Assembly: GCF_037042905.1 (NCBI RefSeq)
Contig: NC_087251.1
Coordinates: forward strand, 47,616,001-47,680,000
DNA from: Lytechinus pictus
Taxonomy: Eukaryota
DNA length: 64,000 bases
Direction: 5' to 3'
The position numbers and the translations under genes are program-made. This document shows, piece after piece, positions 23,101 through 35,806 of this stretch; position 1 is the first letter of the stretch; each line of letters starts with the position of its first letter. Below the pieces are notes generated by a model. That model did not search any database. It was given only the letters and a program-made list of their open reading frames with translations, and was not told the DNA's origin.

Positions 23101-26100
23101 CAATGTGACAAGGAGTATAATACAAGCAAATAAAACAATTTATCGCTAGTCACACCAATCAAATCAACTCAAAACTGACCAATGGTACGTCATTGAAAAT
23201 AACATGATAAAAGTTTGATCGATCAAGAGTCAGTTTGGTAGTAGCGACTGTGACATAAAGCTGATCATATAATAGATTGATATATTCAGGCATGTGGACA
23301 AACAGGTGCACTCAGATCTAACTGAATTTAGAAGAATCTAGCTGTTGGCAATGATAGAATTACACACCTGTCAAGTTAAAACTGATTTAATATAGAAGCT
23401 AACATTTTGCATCTATTTTACACACAAAAAATCTATATGGTCTGCACTGTTTAAAATTTGTGTTCAAGACGATTTTGATGAACAATATTTTACAATTCAC
23501 AGAATTCTGTTAATAGTGGTGATAATGGAAATGATGATGATGGTGATGATGGTAATTTATGATGATTATAATGATGTTTATTATGATGATGGTGTTGATG
23601 ATAGTGATGATGATGATGATAATGATGATGATGATGATGGTAATTTATGATGATTATAATGATGTTGATTATGATGATGGTGTTGATGATAGTGATGATG
23701 ATGATGATGGTGGTAATTCATGATGATTATAATGATGTTGATGATGATGGTGTTGATGATAATGATGGTGATGATAATGATGGTGATGATGATGATGATG
23801 ATGGTGGTGATGATGATGATGGTAATTCATGATGATTATAATGTTGATGACATGGTGGTGATGATGATAATGATGATGGTGGTGATGATGATGATGATGA
23901 TGATGATAATGATGATGGTGGTAATTCATGATGATTATAATGATGTTGATGATAATGATGATGATGATGGTGATGATGATGATGATGATGATGATGATGG
24001 TGGTGATGATGATGATGATGATGATGATGGTAATTCATGATGATTANNNNNNNNNNNNNNNNNNNNNNNNNNNNNNNNNNNNNNNNNNNNNNNNNNNNNN
24101 NNNNNNNNNNNNNNNNNNNNNNNNNNNNNNNNNNNNNNNNNNNNNNNNNNNNNNNNNNNNNNNNNNNNNNNNNNNNNNNNNNNNNNNNNNNNNNNNNNNN
24201 NNNNNNNNNNGATGTTGATGACATGGTGGTGATGATGATAGTAGTGGTGATGACCTGATGTTGAAAACAATAATTCATCAATCACGAGCCCATTAAAAGA
24301 GTTTAGATTATTAACCCGATTTGGGACACAATTGGATCAATTAGTATTTCATGTGTATAATGAACCAAGACAGTATGCAGAGGTCTAATGAAACATGCAT
24401 TGAAAAGTATCCGAATTAGGTTAATTGCCGGTCTCAAATTGCCATTTGAATGACCTGTGCGTCAGTTTGAAATTATTCAAGAGGCAAATTAATTGGATGG
24501 TCCGTCATCTGTTCCTCGCTATAAAGATAATTTAATAATTGAATTATACTTCTGATTATTAATTTCACTTATTTATTAAATGATAATTACAAATAGGCAA
24601 AAGGATATCGATGTCGTCTAATCTATAAATGAAAGAATAATGCTGAAATGCACACGTTTCATTGAATGGAATGTAAATTCTTCACAAAGACCACTGAAAT
24701 ACCAGAGTCAGAGTAATTGCGGCATGGTTGAATAACATGAGGCATGGCATTTTTTATTAGGCAAAGAGCATCCAGTCCGAGTCACATAAGAGTTAGAATA
24801 GCTTTTACGGCACTTCAGAAAAATGAATGTCTTCATATCTACTTGTGATGTCAAAGTTTATACCATTAATGTGTTTTTTAAGAATGGCACAAAGTCTTTA
24901 AACTTAAACTCTCTCAAGGAGCTGTATAATGTTATCTGGGACCTGTTACATAATGTGTTAAGAGTCAATGGCATATTTTGTGTGTGCCAGGGTTTGTTTT
25001 TTTAGGCGAAAGTTTTATGTAACAGGCCCCTGGGCCCCACTGCGTAAAAGTTACTATTATGGTAAATTTGTTATCCAATGGTAACTACCATGGTAACGAT
25101 GATCAACAGCCAATCAAAACCAAGGATTCCATGCAAGATACCATTGAATGGCAAAGTTACCATGATAATAACTTTTATAAAACAGGGCCCTGATTTGGTG
25201 CATTCTGGCTCCAGTGTCATTGAAATTTGCAATGAGAATATGATTACAATTCATATAGTTTTGGGCCAACAAAGAAGCGATAAAATGATGACAACTTACC
25301 AGATAGGTTGACTCTTCTCAAGTTTGTGTTGTCTAATAACATCTCTCCCATTGCCTTGGCTCCTTTTGATCCTATTTTATTCTCGGCAAGATTCTTAAAA
25401 AACGGTAGAAAACACACACAAAAATTACAACATAGTAAATGAAGGAACAAAGAGAAGCACGGTGCATTGGTGCGCTTTTCATGAAATTATCTACGACAAA
25501 ACAAAAACCTATATTACTGATCATTAGCTCACCTATCATCAAAACAAATTTAGTAAACATAGAAAATTGTTATCCACTGGCCTACAGAAAGAAGGCTATG
25601 AATGCTTGACCCCCTACCCCACCCCCCTAAAAAAAATATTTAAAAAACGGAGAAAAGGAAAGGAGAGGGAAAAGATTGTAAATGAGTTCGTTTTGGAATA
25701 TGTCAAACTATATAATAAAATTATATATATTTTCATTTAAAAAAGGTAAAACTTTTTTTTTTTTTTTTACATTTTACCCCATACATCATTTCCGCTACCT
25801 TAAAGTTTTTGGGTCATATCGCCACTGAAATAATTGAAAGTAATGCATAGTTCCTGCTAGCGAGGGTTATTCAGATGTAGGGGGCCATTTCCAACAAAAA
25901 AAAATCCTGCGCTAGGTGCCTCTCTGATTATTTCCAGTAGTAGAATTTTCAAAACATAGACCAGTCTATACTTGCTGTATCCATTCTTCATTTTATAAAA
26001 ATTACAATTCTTTAGAAATGCACTCATATGTGTCAATGAAAAATTAATTTTCATTGATAATTACACACTCGCATGGTTTGGATGAGAGAAGAAATGCTAA

Positions 26101-29100
26101 AACATCTGAAAAAATTAGAAAAATACCATTAGAAACTATTGAAATGATTCAACTTAGGCCTTTACACAAAGATTAAGAGAAATGACCTGTAGAAAAAAAT
26201 TACGGTACAGCGTTCGGGAGAGAGAAAAAATGCTAAATATTCATCAATGAGCAGAGGAAAAGTATAATGTAAAAAGAAACAAAAAAGACAAAGATAGAAT
26301 GGGAGATGAGAAGTAGGGAATGAGGGGGTGGAAAGAGAGACAGAAAGAGAAAGAGAGATAATGTGAGTGAAAGAGAGAGAGAGAAAGAAAGAGAACGAGA
26401 CGGCGAGACAGACAGGGAGAGATACTCACAAGGTCACTTATATAGCAATTTTCTTTGAGCATATCAGCAACATACACGCCACCTTCCCCCTCAATCCAAT
26501 TATCCTCCAAGTCCAAGGTTAAAACCGTTGTATTCGCCTAAAAATAAAACAGACAAAATTGTAATTATATCGATGAAATTACGAAAGAAGATGAATGGAT
26601 GTAACAATATCCTTTGTTGTACAACAAAGGAGATAACAGCCTTGATCATCAACGCGCCCATTATAGATGCAACAGTCAAATTGCTTCTGAAAGAGCATCA
26701 TGTTTTTTTTTCTATATAGTAAAAATAATGATATAGTTGGTCTAACTTCTAAATGTGTCTATAAAAAAGATATTTTGGATACTTCAGAGCAAGAAGTTGA
26801 ACCACAATAAATCTAATTGATTAGGGGTCATGGAGCAAATGAAAATGGGAATGAAGGTCGCGAGTGTTAATTGACTTAGGGATAAAAAAAAAAACATACT
26901 CTGCAAATTACACTTTAGACTCTTTATTATTTCAAATACCGTCTCTTTTTTTCAAATAAAATTTAGCTTTGAAAATTAATGTCAAAATACACAATGAGTA
27001 TCCAAACTTTCGAATTGTTGGTAATATCAATGGTATAAAGGGGATCTAAACTTACCACAAGGGCTACTGCAATGGCCTTGGCGCCTTGAGGTCCAACCCC
27101 ATGGTGCTTCATCGAGACTCGACTCGTGGTCATGTGACGCAAGAAATGTGAAGCGGGCACAACACCGATATCAAGGCAAGCCTTTTTGTAGGTTTTACGG
27201 CCAGTCGGGTCATACGCCTCTATCTTTTCTGTTTCTGAAAAGAGATAATTATTGGCCGGTTTATGTCAGGAACGTCTTGGAAGCATCATGAAAAAAATAA
27301 TAATTTAATAATTTATCATATAGACACAAATGGGGGGGGGGGCACAGTGCAATTTTTGAGAGAAGATGTGAGGAGAGAAGAGGCGGGGTCGCCCCTTCCC
27401 GGCCTAGATGAGATCTGTTCACGAAGATAGTATAGCGTTATTAGGCAATTCGCGCTTCAACGACGCACGACAGATTTACGAACACAGGAATGCATTGTCA
27501 AATGCCCTTCACGACAATGAAAATCCAAAAATTCTTTGTCGAAATCTGGAAAATCAAAAAAGTTTCTGTCTGGACTCCCGACATATTTGCAATTTCTGCG
27601 TCATGTCTAAAACTTACGACGAAACTGCTGATTGACGGGCATTTTCAATACTTTTCAATACTATTCATCTCAATTGATTTAATTTGTAGATTTCAGGAAC
27701 TATACGCTAATTAAAGGAAGATACTGTACACAGGGAAAATAAAGGAAATATGTAAAGAGATATATCCCATGTAGGCCCCGATCTTATACTGAGGATTTCG
27801 AACAAGGGCGGCAAAATATTAACAAAACAACAAGCTATATAACGTTTTGCTTTCTACCCGAAATACTAACATTAACATGCCGATAAAAGAAGAACTCGAC
27901 CTGACCGCTGGTCTGCTACAAAATCTAATTAGAATCATTATTGATTGACCGTATATATGATACACTTATTAGGATGACAATTTGTAAACAATTATTGATT
28001 GCAATATCCTATTTAGTTCTGTCACTGTACCGTTCAAAGTCAAATTTCTCGTCGTCACAATACTCTGGGTATCATACAATAATCTGTTGATAACCTTGGT
28101 TACTATAGCTGTGTGCTCGAGGTCTCCAAGTATTATTTGCTCAGAACTATTCGATATGATAAGAACGTCCGTGTGTATATTTGTTTAAATGCTGTTTAAA
28201 AGAATGCACTAGTTACTGTACATTGTAACATATAAAGCAAATGCCGACAAATGGGAAAGCGTATAATGCTAATTGTAACTTGATTACGAGACATTAATAA
28301 TTTTGTAACTTGGGACTTAGGAGGTGAAGGATATCCAATACAACTATACAGTTTCGGTGACGCAGATATTTCAATCTTTTATGGCTTTATTAGATTGATG
28401 CTCTTAAACACAGGGGCCCGTATTCTGAACTCGGGTTTAAATTAAACCCTAGTTTAAAGTTGTGGTTTAATTATGGATAGCCAATTGTTGCGCAAATTTC
28501 TATTAGTGCAATTGCAAGTTATTGACTCACATGACACTCAAATCATTCATTACTGCTGGGAATGATAACTGAAGCATTTTTCTTCATTGTGCAAGCATAA
28601 TGGAAACAAAATAGTAATCATAAGAAATATGCAATGTAAACCAGACTTTTTGAGTTTTTGGCTCCCCGTAATTTTAGCACAGAGTAAGACCGGAGACTAG
28701 GTTAACCCTGACTTCAAAATACGCGGGCCAGGGAGGCGGATATAACCCAAAGGCGATTTTCTTCGCATTCTTGATGGCAAACAAGGGATACTTGATATTT
28801 GCTAGACCAAATCTTATTATTCACCACAACGCATATTCCTTCTTCATCCTTGGTTCTTCCCTTTTTCTCTCTCTTTTAAGTCCCCTGATTATTATCAATG
28901 GGGAGGCCTGCCACCACCCGTCACCATTCATGCATTTAAGACGCACTCCGAACGAGATGGAGCAGTGAAAATGAGGAAGCAGACATTACATTCACACACG
29001 CACATCCACCCATCTGCACCCACATAACCCCTCCACCCACACACGCATATATCCTGTACAGCTAGCTCTACACCATTCCACCCATCCCCGGAAGTGGACA

Positions 29101-29476
29101 ACACCGCCAAATCAACATCCCATTTTCAAAACTTTTTGTTTTTTCTCATCACACTTGACTTACCATCTACTTCCAAGTCTGTATCCCACCCGCTATCGCT
29201 TTGGTCCGAATCGTCATCCCTCCCCATCTTATTCCCCCTCTTGCTCGCCACCGAGGAACCATCGGTTATCGACCCCACCCCCGACTCGTCCCCGCCCCCG
29301 CCGAAGTCCTTCGACGGCCTCTGGTCCATGGTGAGATGGGCGGTGGCGAGGACGGGGGCCCCACCGGCCGAGTCGCTGTCCTGTCGCACCTGCTCGCCGA
29401 CCGTCACGGGTCGGTCGTCATTGACGCTGTGGTGGCCGTTGTCGATGTCGTCACCATTCAGAAGGGCTTGCTCATG
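14128..29476 (-). CDS. LRRC74A: Leucine-rich repeat protein 74A-like (RNI-like LRRs, EF-hand pair, basic SPxK tail); exons 29476-29164, 27234-27056, 26537-26430, 25393-25300, 23060-23011, 22451-22370, 21947-21862, 21487-21293, 20668-20573, 20040-19792, 19082-18997, 14605-14128
   Basis: All 12 exons have AG acceptors and the 11 internal donors are GT; they join in one frame (2016 nt including stop). Signatures SDSGWDTDLE and YKKACLDIGVVPASHFLRHM..SMKHHGVGPQGAKAIAVALV match the LRRC74 family. LRRs include LDLEDNWI, NLAENKI, LILSHNEF, LNLSWNHL, LNLSWNGF, LDLSNNRI. EF loops DKDKSLTVTREE and DKDGDGEIDYGE. Start codon and any 5' exon unresolved; may be the co-ortholog of LRRC74A/B. Confidence 0.9.
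16184..16376. mobile_element. Short MITE, CAG(A/G)G.TGCC TIR, 7-bp TSD AATAATG
   Basis: TIRs and TSD visible; related partial copy at ~39490-39663. Confidence 0.75.
16819..17613. mobile_element. GG..GTATTCTGAAAA MITE with internal TTCTTGTAA repeats
   Basis: ggggtggtattctgaaaattg ... caattttcagaatacggcccc termini. Confidence 0.7.
17686..17842. mobile_element. Short Harbinger-like MITE (CWG flanks) carrying X-box + CCAAT
   Basis: gcgtttcatgaa / ttgatgaaacgc TIRs; relatives at ~12849-12968 and ~22586-22725. Confidence 0.7.
23515..24255. repeat. (GAT)n/(GGT) microsatellite with recurring GGTAATT(C/T)ATGATGATTATAAT units, spanning an assembly gap
   Basis: Directly visible; N run at 24047-24210. 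Confidence 0.95.
25032..25189. mobile_element. GGGCCC-ended short MITE (CTG TSD), adjacent to a second MITE at ~24938-25029
   Basis: TIR gggcccc..taaaagtta / taacttttataaaacagggcc. Confidence 0.65.
28414..28729. mobile_element. GGCCCGTATTCTGAA MITE, copy 3
   Basis: Similarity to copies 1 and 2; CAG flanks. Confidence 0.85.
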
Positions 29477-30356
29477 CTGTGTATGTATAAAAAATGAAAG
29501 GAAGTAGAACATCAATGAATGATTCCATATTCTTTGGAAAAGGTGACGAAATTGAGACAATGATACATAAAAATAACGTTTATGACGTTGTATAATAACG
29601 GGGTTTATGACATTGTAATTTATATAAAGATAATATTATCCTGTATAGAAGTTAAATCATATAAATACACCAATCACATCTACTGCTTCTGTCACTTTAA
29701 CACCCTTAAAGATAAGTTTGCTGAAGTGGTTTAATATTTTAGAAAAAAATTTATTTATTTTTTAAACATGATCTGGCAAAACTGTGTTATCATATTCATC
29801 ATTCGTGTTGTGTTATCATCCACTAGACGCGATAAATAATTGAATTCTTGATTGAAAAAATATTCAATATTTCCTTTCAAGGAGATATTGTGAAATGCTT
29901 GAGAAAAAAATGCAAAAATCAAAAACTCATCAAGACAGCTAATAATTGAGATTGAGAATCCCGCCTTTGCTTACCCAGTCCAAGATAAACCTGATTTTTT
30001 TTCAATATCGTTCGCTTCTAATCTAGTGGCCATCACTTCGAAACATTCAATTTGTTTATCATTATTCTCGTTACATCATCTCAAGTTAATATTATACAAG
30101 TATAAAACGAGCACCGATAAAATATGCAAATAAGAAAATATAATATATAAATACATTCAGTCAACAATTCTATTGTTACCACTACCAATGAGATGACAAA
30201 CATCGTGTAATGTTCAATTTCCCTATCGACAATTTTACGTAGATCAATTTTCATTTGTGTCGGTTAAAGTTTTAATTTACCCCGTATTGTTTGTATTATT
30301 ATTACAATTCAAAATAGATTCGAGCAGACACCAGACCACTCAAACATAATCAATCT

Positions 30357-30928
30357 ATGAGACGCCGATTGTACCAATATTATATAGAACAATTATTTGT
30401 TATATAATCATTATTTATTAAATAATAACTATTATTCATATATAATTTACATTTTATTTGTAAATAATTACTATTATATAAAATAACATTTCTAATTATT
30501 TATATATATAATTCCAAGTAATACTTCATTATTTGTAAATAATAATAGTTCGACATTCCATTATTTATAAATAATGAAAAACAAATAATTATTTATAAAT
30601 AATGAAAAACAAATAATCATTATTTATAAATAATAAAAAACAAATAATCATTATTTATAAATAATGAAAATCAAATAATCATTATTTATAAATAATGAAA
30701 AACAAATAATCATTATTTATAAATAATGGAATGTCGAACTATTATTATTTACAAATAATGAAGTATTACTTGGAATTATATATAAATAATTAGAAATGTT
30801 ATTTTATATAATAGTAATTATTTACAAATAAAATGTAAATTATATATAAATAATAGTTATTATTTAATAAATAATGATTATATAACAAATAATTGTTCTA
30901 TATAATATTGGTACAATCGGCGTCTCAT
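30357..30928. mobile_element. AT-rich foldback element with internal ~32-bp tandem repeats
   Basis: Near-perfect ~215-bp inverted arms (atgagacgccgattgtacc...); TSD ATCAATCT; centre made of ttatttataaataatgaaaaacaaataatca repeats. Confidence 0.88.
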
Positions 30929-32017
30929 ATCAATCTCTTGGTATGAGCTCGCTAACAATTTCAATTTTCTGAGCGATTAAGTCATGTATCATCATGTCAT
31001 TAAAATTGGCAGGTCATTCTGTCAACATTCATCTGCATGTCTATCGGTGAATTCGTTACGGGGAGCAGTTTTTAAAATATACTTTTTCAAGTATAGTGAA
31101 AACGCAAAAAGAGGAGAAAAGGAAGTAAGAAGCAAGCAGATCATTAAAAAGACAGGTCTGTGTCGTTGATAAGTCTTTTTATTCCTATTATGCATTAGAA
31201 AAAAATATATACAACGTCTTGCCTTTTCCAAAATAACATGGTGCCCCGGTGCCCCCCCCCCCCCTGTCTTGGTAATCATAAATGTTATTATCACATAACC
31301 ATGATCACAAAACCGCGTGCCTCGATTGGCGGAAAGTTGTACACAATATTCCCCTATCAGAGGATGTCGTACAACGTAGTTCCTTTTGAATATCATCGGA
31401 GTGATATTTTTTTAGAGAGAAAAGATAACAATTTTCGAATAGTAACCAATTTTCTTTGGCTTGTCAACATATTTTGTGCCCTAGCCCCCCACAAACACAC
31501 AATTCTGAGGTCTTGCAGCATAATCCCCTGTACATACAGTTTCCCATATCTAACTAACTACAAATTGCTGTCTTGGGAAAAATTATCACTCCATCAATTT
31601 TTCTGAAGTACCCTTTAGAACTTCTGCCGACAATGATTCATATCGTAACACAGTCCATTGCACAGCACACAAACGTCGTCATGGCATCACTCGGTCATTA
31701 AAGAGCAACAATTTACAATTAGCTTTGTGTGCAAAAGAAACACACGGAGAGATCCAGTGATTACTGATCATAAAACCACCCGCCAAGTAATAAGCTAGTA
31801 TAAAATGGTTTACTTTGTTTTCTACGATGTGTTATCGTCTTCCTTTTTGGAACAAATTGTGATCAAAACGCGTTTTATGCAGTAATATGCACTGAGACAA
31901 TTGCTGTTTTGAATACTGTAAGGTCGTTCTAGAGTCTAATCCTCAGCTTATATTTTAAGCAACTTAATTCAGACCGTATAAATTGGCTAAAGTATTACTT
32001 TAATCCCATTTATGTTG

Positions 32018-32167
32018 CAGGGGCCGCGGAAGCGGGGGGGGGGGGCAGCCCCCACTTTTTTCCCAAACCGTGTACAAAAACGTAAAAATGACCATAGGAT
32101 TGTGATTTTTTGCATGGTCACCCCCCTCCCCCCCCCCCCCACTTTGAAAACCGTTCCGCGGCCCCTG
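32018..32167. mobile_element. CAGGGGCCGCGGAA MITE, 5-bp TSD TGTTG
   Basis: 14-bp perfect TIR and TSD visible. Confidence 0.85.
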
Positions 32168-34135
32168 TGTTGGTCAAGCTAAATAGGTTGTCGAGAATCA
32201 TGGAATTGCTGATACGAATCGAGTAAGCGAAGGAAGCCTATATAGTTCATATAATTATATACGCCTCAGAATTACGGTACTTTTTTGTCTAAGATCCTAA
32301 AATAGCTGCAAAATAAATAAGTATAAAGCATTTACACTTTACCGGAAAAAGTACTTTCGTTAAAAAAACAAAAAATATTAAGACCACAGCGTTTGCGAGA
32401 TTTTTGTGGATAGCTGGTGTATTAATGCGGTATTTGTCAAAAACTATAAATAAGCATATAAACATGATGAATGTAAGAAATACAGTAGCTTTGTCGAATT
32501 TTCGTACTAACGAGATATACATGTACATGTAATTATGTTTCCTCAAAATAAGCCTTATTAGGCATGCATTGTATACACAATTTATAATAATTGTCATCGG
32601 AAATTTGAAAATGTACTTTGGTTTACGTTTATTTTGCTAAAGTTTTGGCTAATATAATGTAACAAATACAAAATTACAATACAAAATACACGATTGATAA
32701 CACTTTATTATAATGTACCAGAAATGTTGTCAGTCTTATTATCACTAGACGGTCACTTCTGGACGGTGTATAAAGCAGACGATCAAAGCTGGCAAAATCG
32801 TGATAAATATTCCACAACTCCAAATATTGGTACAGGGGTCATCGTAACAACTTAATCACTGGATGAGCAAAACTATCCTTGCAATCAAACTTGTCTTTAT
32901 TAACATGATAATATAGACGTAAAGTTTCCCGATTTAAGCCGTTGTTGTGGATACGTTGAAATTTGAAATGAAGAAATTTCGTTCTAATTCATCGTAACTC
33001 GGCGGCTCAAAGAATATCAGCATCCGCGTATTGCACAAACTGAAAGGTCTGGCCTCATGAATATCTCAATAACTTCGTCAGTTAAAGCCAAGTTTGTTTG
33101 TTTCTCGTTTGGTATATTTGAACAAATCCAGGAAGGGTCATTAGTCATAATTTGGTTATCAGTGAGGTGATGTCTAATTGGACCTTTGGGTCGGAGTCAA
33201 GCAGAACTAGATCAAAGAGCGAAGTGGCTACAATAATTGCACTATAGCGTTACTGAATTAAAAGAAAAATCGAGTGTTTAAAGTTAGCCTCATAAACGAA
33301 ATTGAATAAACAGAGAGAATCTTATATAAACACACATAACAAGGATGTTGACTTAATGATATGATTCATGATTTAAAATATCATGGTTAGAAATTTGGAA
33401 GGGCGAGGGCATAATTGTACATGGAGGCCTACTGATAATATAGCAAAATAAATGCACTCCAAAATTCGAAACCCCCTTTTTCCCTTTCAATTCTCTCTAT
33501 TTCTTTTTATTATCGTTCATGATTTGCATCAGGGGCGGCGGAGCAAAGTTTAAAGTGGGGGCACAGGGAAAGAGGGCACCTTTTCTTTCGAAAAGGGCAC
33601 TATAACACGAAGAAAAAAAATTCTAGTGGTTTAATGAGTTAAAAATTTTGAGGGGTTAGATATGTCGTATCACGAAAAATTTATAAGAAGCTGCAAGCGA
33701 GCAAAAAATGTGACATTTTCAAAACGAAAATCCAATTTTGTGATAGATTTTGACGTAATATTCAGAAAATAATATACTTCACCCTTCTCTCTTTCCTTTC
33801 TCTTTTTGTTTTCTTGGACGTGAAAATCTGCACGCCACTGCTTATCTATATACCCCACTCACATGACTCACGAAGGCACGTAGGACACGTAGGATTATTC
33901 TTACAAGTTTTTTTTCCTTCACGAGTAGTAACATCTAAAAACGAGAATATTATTTTCTTGTTTCAAAACGGGTCCTTCTCACAGGTGAAAGGGGCACAGT
34001 CACAGAACACGTTCGTGAGGGGCACTTTTCTTTGGCAAAAAGGAGCACCGATTCGAGAAAGGGCATTTACAAAAAGGCAAGGGGGCACTTGCTCACACAT
34101 AAAACGGGTCCTTCTCAGGACTGGTGAAAGGGACA

Positions 34136-35806
34136 CACACAAAAAACAGAAACTTGCATGTGTTAGTAATCGTACTCAAATGTCAAAATAATTTTGACAC
34201 TATAGCGACATACTTTGATGAGTACTTTCACTCAATGAAGGTACTTTGAAAACTCATCTTGTCGAGTATATTTCATTTGACACTATAGTGACACATCAAG
34301 TGAGTAAATTTGAATAACTCAATCTAATGAGTAACTTAACCCAGTGTAATGAGTATGTTTAAAGTATATTTACTGACTTTTTGAGTATGTGAGCATATTA
34401 CACACTTGATTAGTTTTAGCGATAATCTGACGATTAACTGCGCTGAGAAAATGAGTAGTATATGACTCTTGTATGTGAGTTTTGGGGTGTTGAGATCATG
34501 CATCCAAGTAATTTTACTCGGATCTCGCGTTAATTGCTTGCGCGCACACGTGATACCGGCCAAATGTGCAGAGCATGAAGACTTTTCCGGTAAGTTCTAC
34601 ATGTCTTTTTATTTATTTTCCCCCTTTTCTTCTATAATTACTTTTCTTGACAATAATAGCTTAGACCTACATGTATGGGGCAAACATAAATGCTATTTAT
34701 GGTGACAACAGGGTGCATTGATCTACATTCTCATCCATCCGAGGCTCACGCCTCTCGGTTTGGGTAACCACACACCAGCCTGTTGTTGCGCCGCTACCCC
34801 GGGGCCAGAAGGGAGTGAAGGCCAGTGTGCCGCTACGATTGCTGGAGTCATTTATGAGGAGGGCAAATAAGTGACATCGTCCATGATTACATAAATCATG
34901 GACGATGTCACTTATTTGCCCTATTTATTTATTTGTCATTTATGAGGAGGGCAAATAAGTGACATCGTCCATGATTACATAAATCATGGACGATGTCACT
35001 TATTTGCCCTATTTATTTATTTGTCATTTATGAGGAGGGCAAATAAGTGACATCGTCCATGATTACATAAATCATGGACGATGTCACTTATTTGCCCTCC
35101 TCATAAATGACTCCAGCAATCGTAGCGGCACACTGGCCTTCACTCCCTTCTGGCCCCGGGGTAGCGGCGCAACAACAGGCTGGTGTGTGGTTACCCAAAC
35201 CGAGAGGCGTGAGCCTCGGATGGATGAGAATGTAGATCAATGCACCCTGTTGTCACCATAAATAGCATTTGTGTTTGCCCCATACATGTAGGTCTAAGCT
35301 ATTATTGTCAAGAAAAGTAATTATAGAAGAAAAGGGGGAAAATAAATAAAAAGACATGTAGAACTTACCAGAAAAGTCTTCATGCTCTGCACATTTGGCC
35401 GGTATCACGTGTGCGCGCAAGCAATTAACGCGAGATCCGAGTAAAATTACTTGGATGCATGATCTCAACACCCCAAAACTCACATACAAGAGTCATATAC
35501 TACTCATTTTCTCAGCGCAGTTAATCGTCAGATTATCGCTTTACCTGGCTGTGAGTTTTTTCACCCGTTCTGCTATCATACCTTACAAACTTGAAGAAAA
35601 ACTCATTTGTACGGATTGTTTTACATACTTTCACTGACAGGGATACTCAAGAAAAGTAGTTAATAAGTAATGTCCTTGAAAAAAAGATCAGGTGTAACAG
35701 AAACCCAGATTCTCGAGTAAAAACACATACGTTACGAATTTTTGCACTTAATTCTTTATGTAAAAAACAATTTTACTCATGGAAAATAGTTCTCGTTTTT
35801 TGTGTG
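34136..35806. mobile_element. CAC..GTG (EnSpm/CACTA-like) non-autonomous element containing a 1.1-kb palindrome
   Basis: cacacaaaaaac / gttttttgtgtg TIR with 2-bp TSD CA; removing it restores a host repeat unit; TACTC/GAGTA subterminal motifs. Confidence 0.75.
34418..35540. repeat. Near-perfect long inverted repeat with three tandem 61-bp hairpins at its centre
   Basis: 443-bp arms (34418-34860 and 35098-35540); hairpins start at 34861, 34949 and 35037 (88-bp period). Confidence 0.97.

Noticed and set aside
23647-24285. Poly-His, poly-Met and poly-Asp ORFs
   Set aside because: Translations of a (GAT)n microsatellite across an N gap, inside an intron.
29975-30033. Candidate LRRC74 first coding exon (MATRLEANDIEKKSGLSWT, donor GTAAGC)
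   Set aside because: It ends in phase 2; joining it to the 29476 acceptor hits a stop within a few codons.
34861-35097. CRISPR-like palindromic repeats with spacers
   Set aside because: The spacers are identical, repeats are 61 bp, there are no cas genes, and the context is eukaryotic.
34336-35637. Identical 78-aa ORFs and near-identical 75-80-aa ORFs on opposite strands
   Set aside because: A consequence of the inverted repeat; no recognisable domain.
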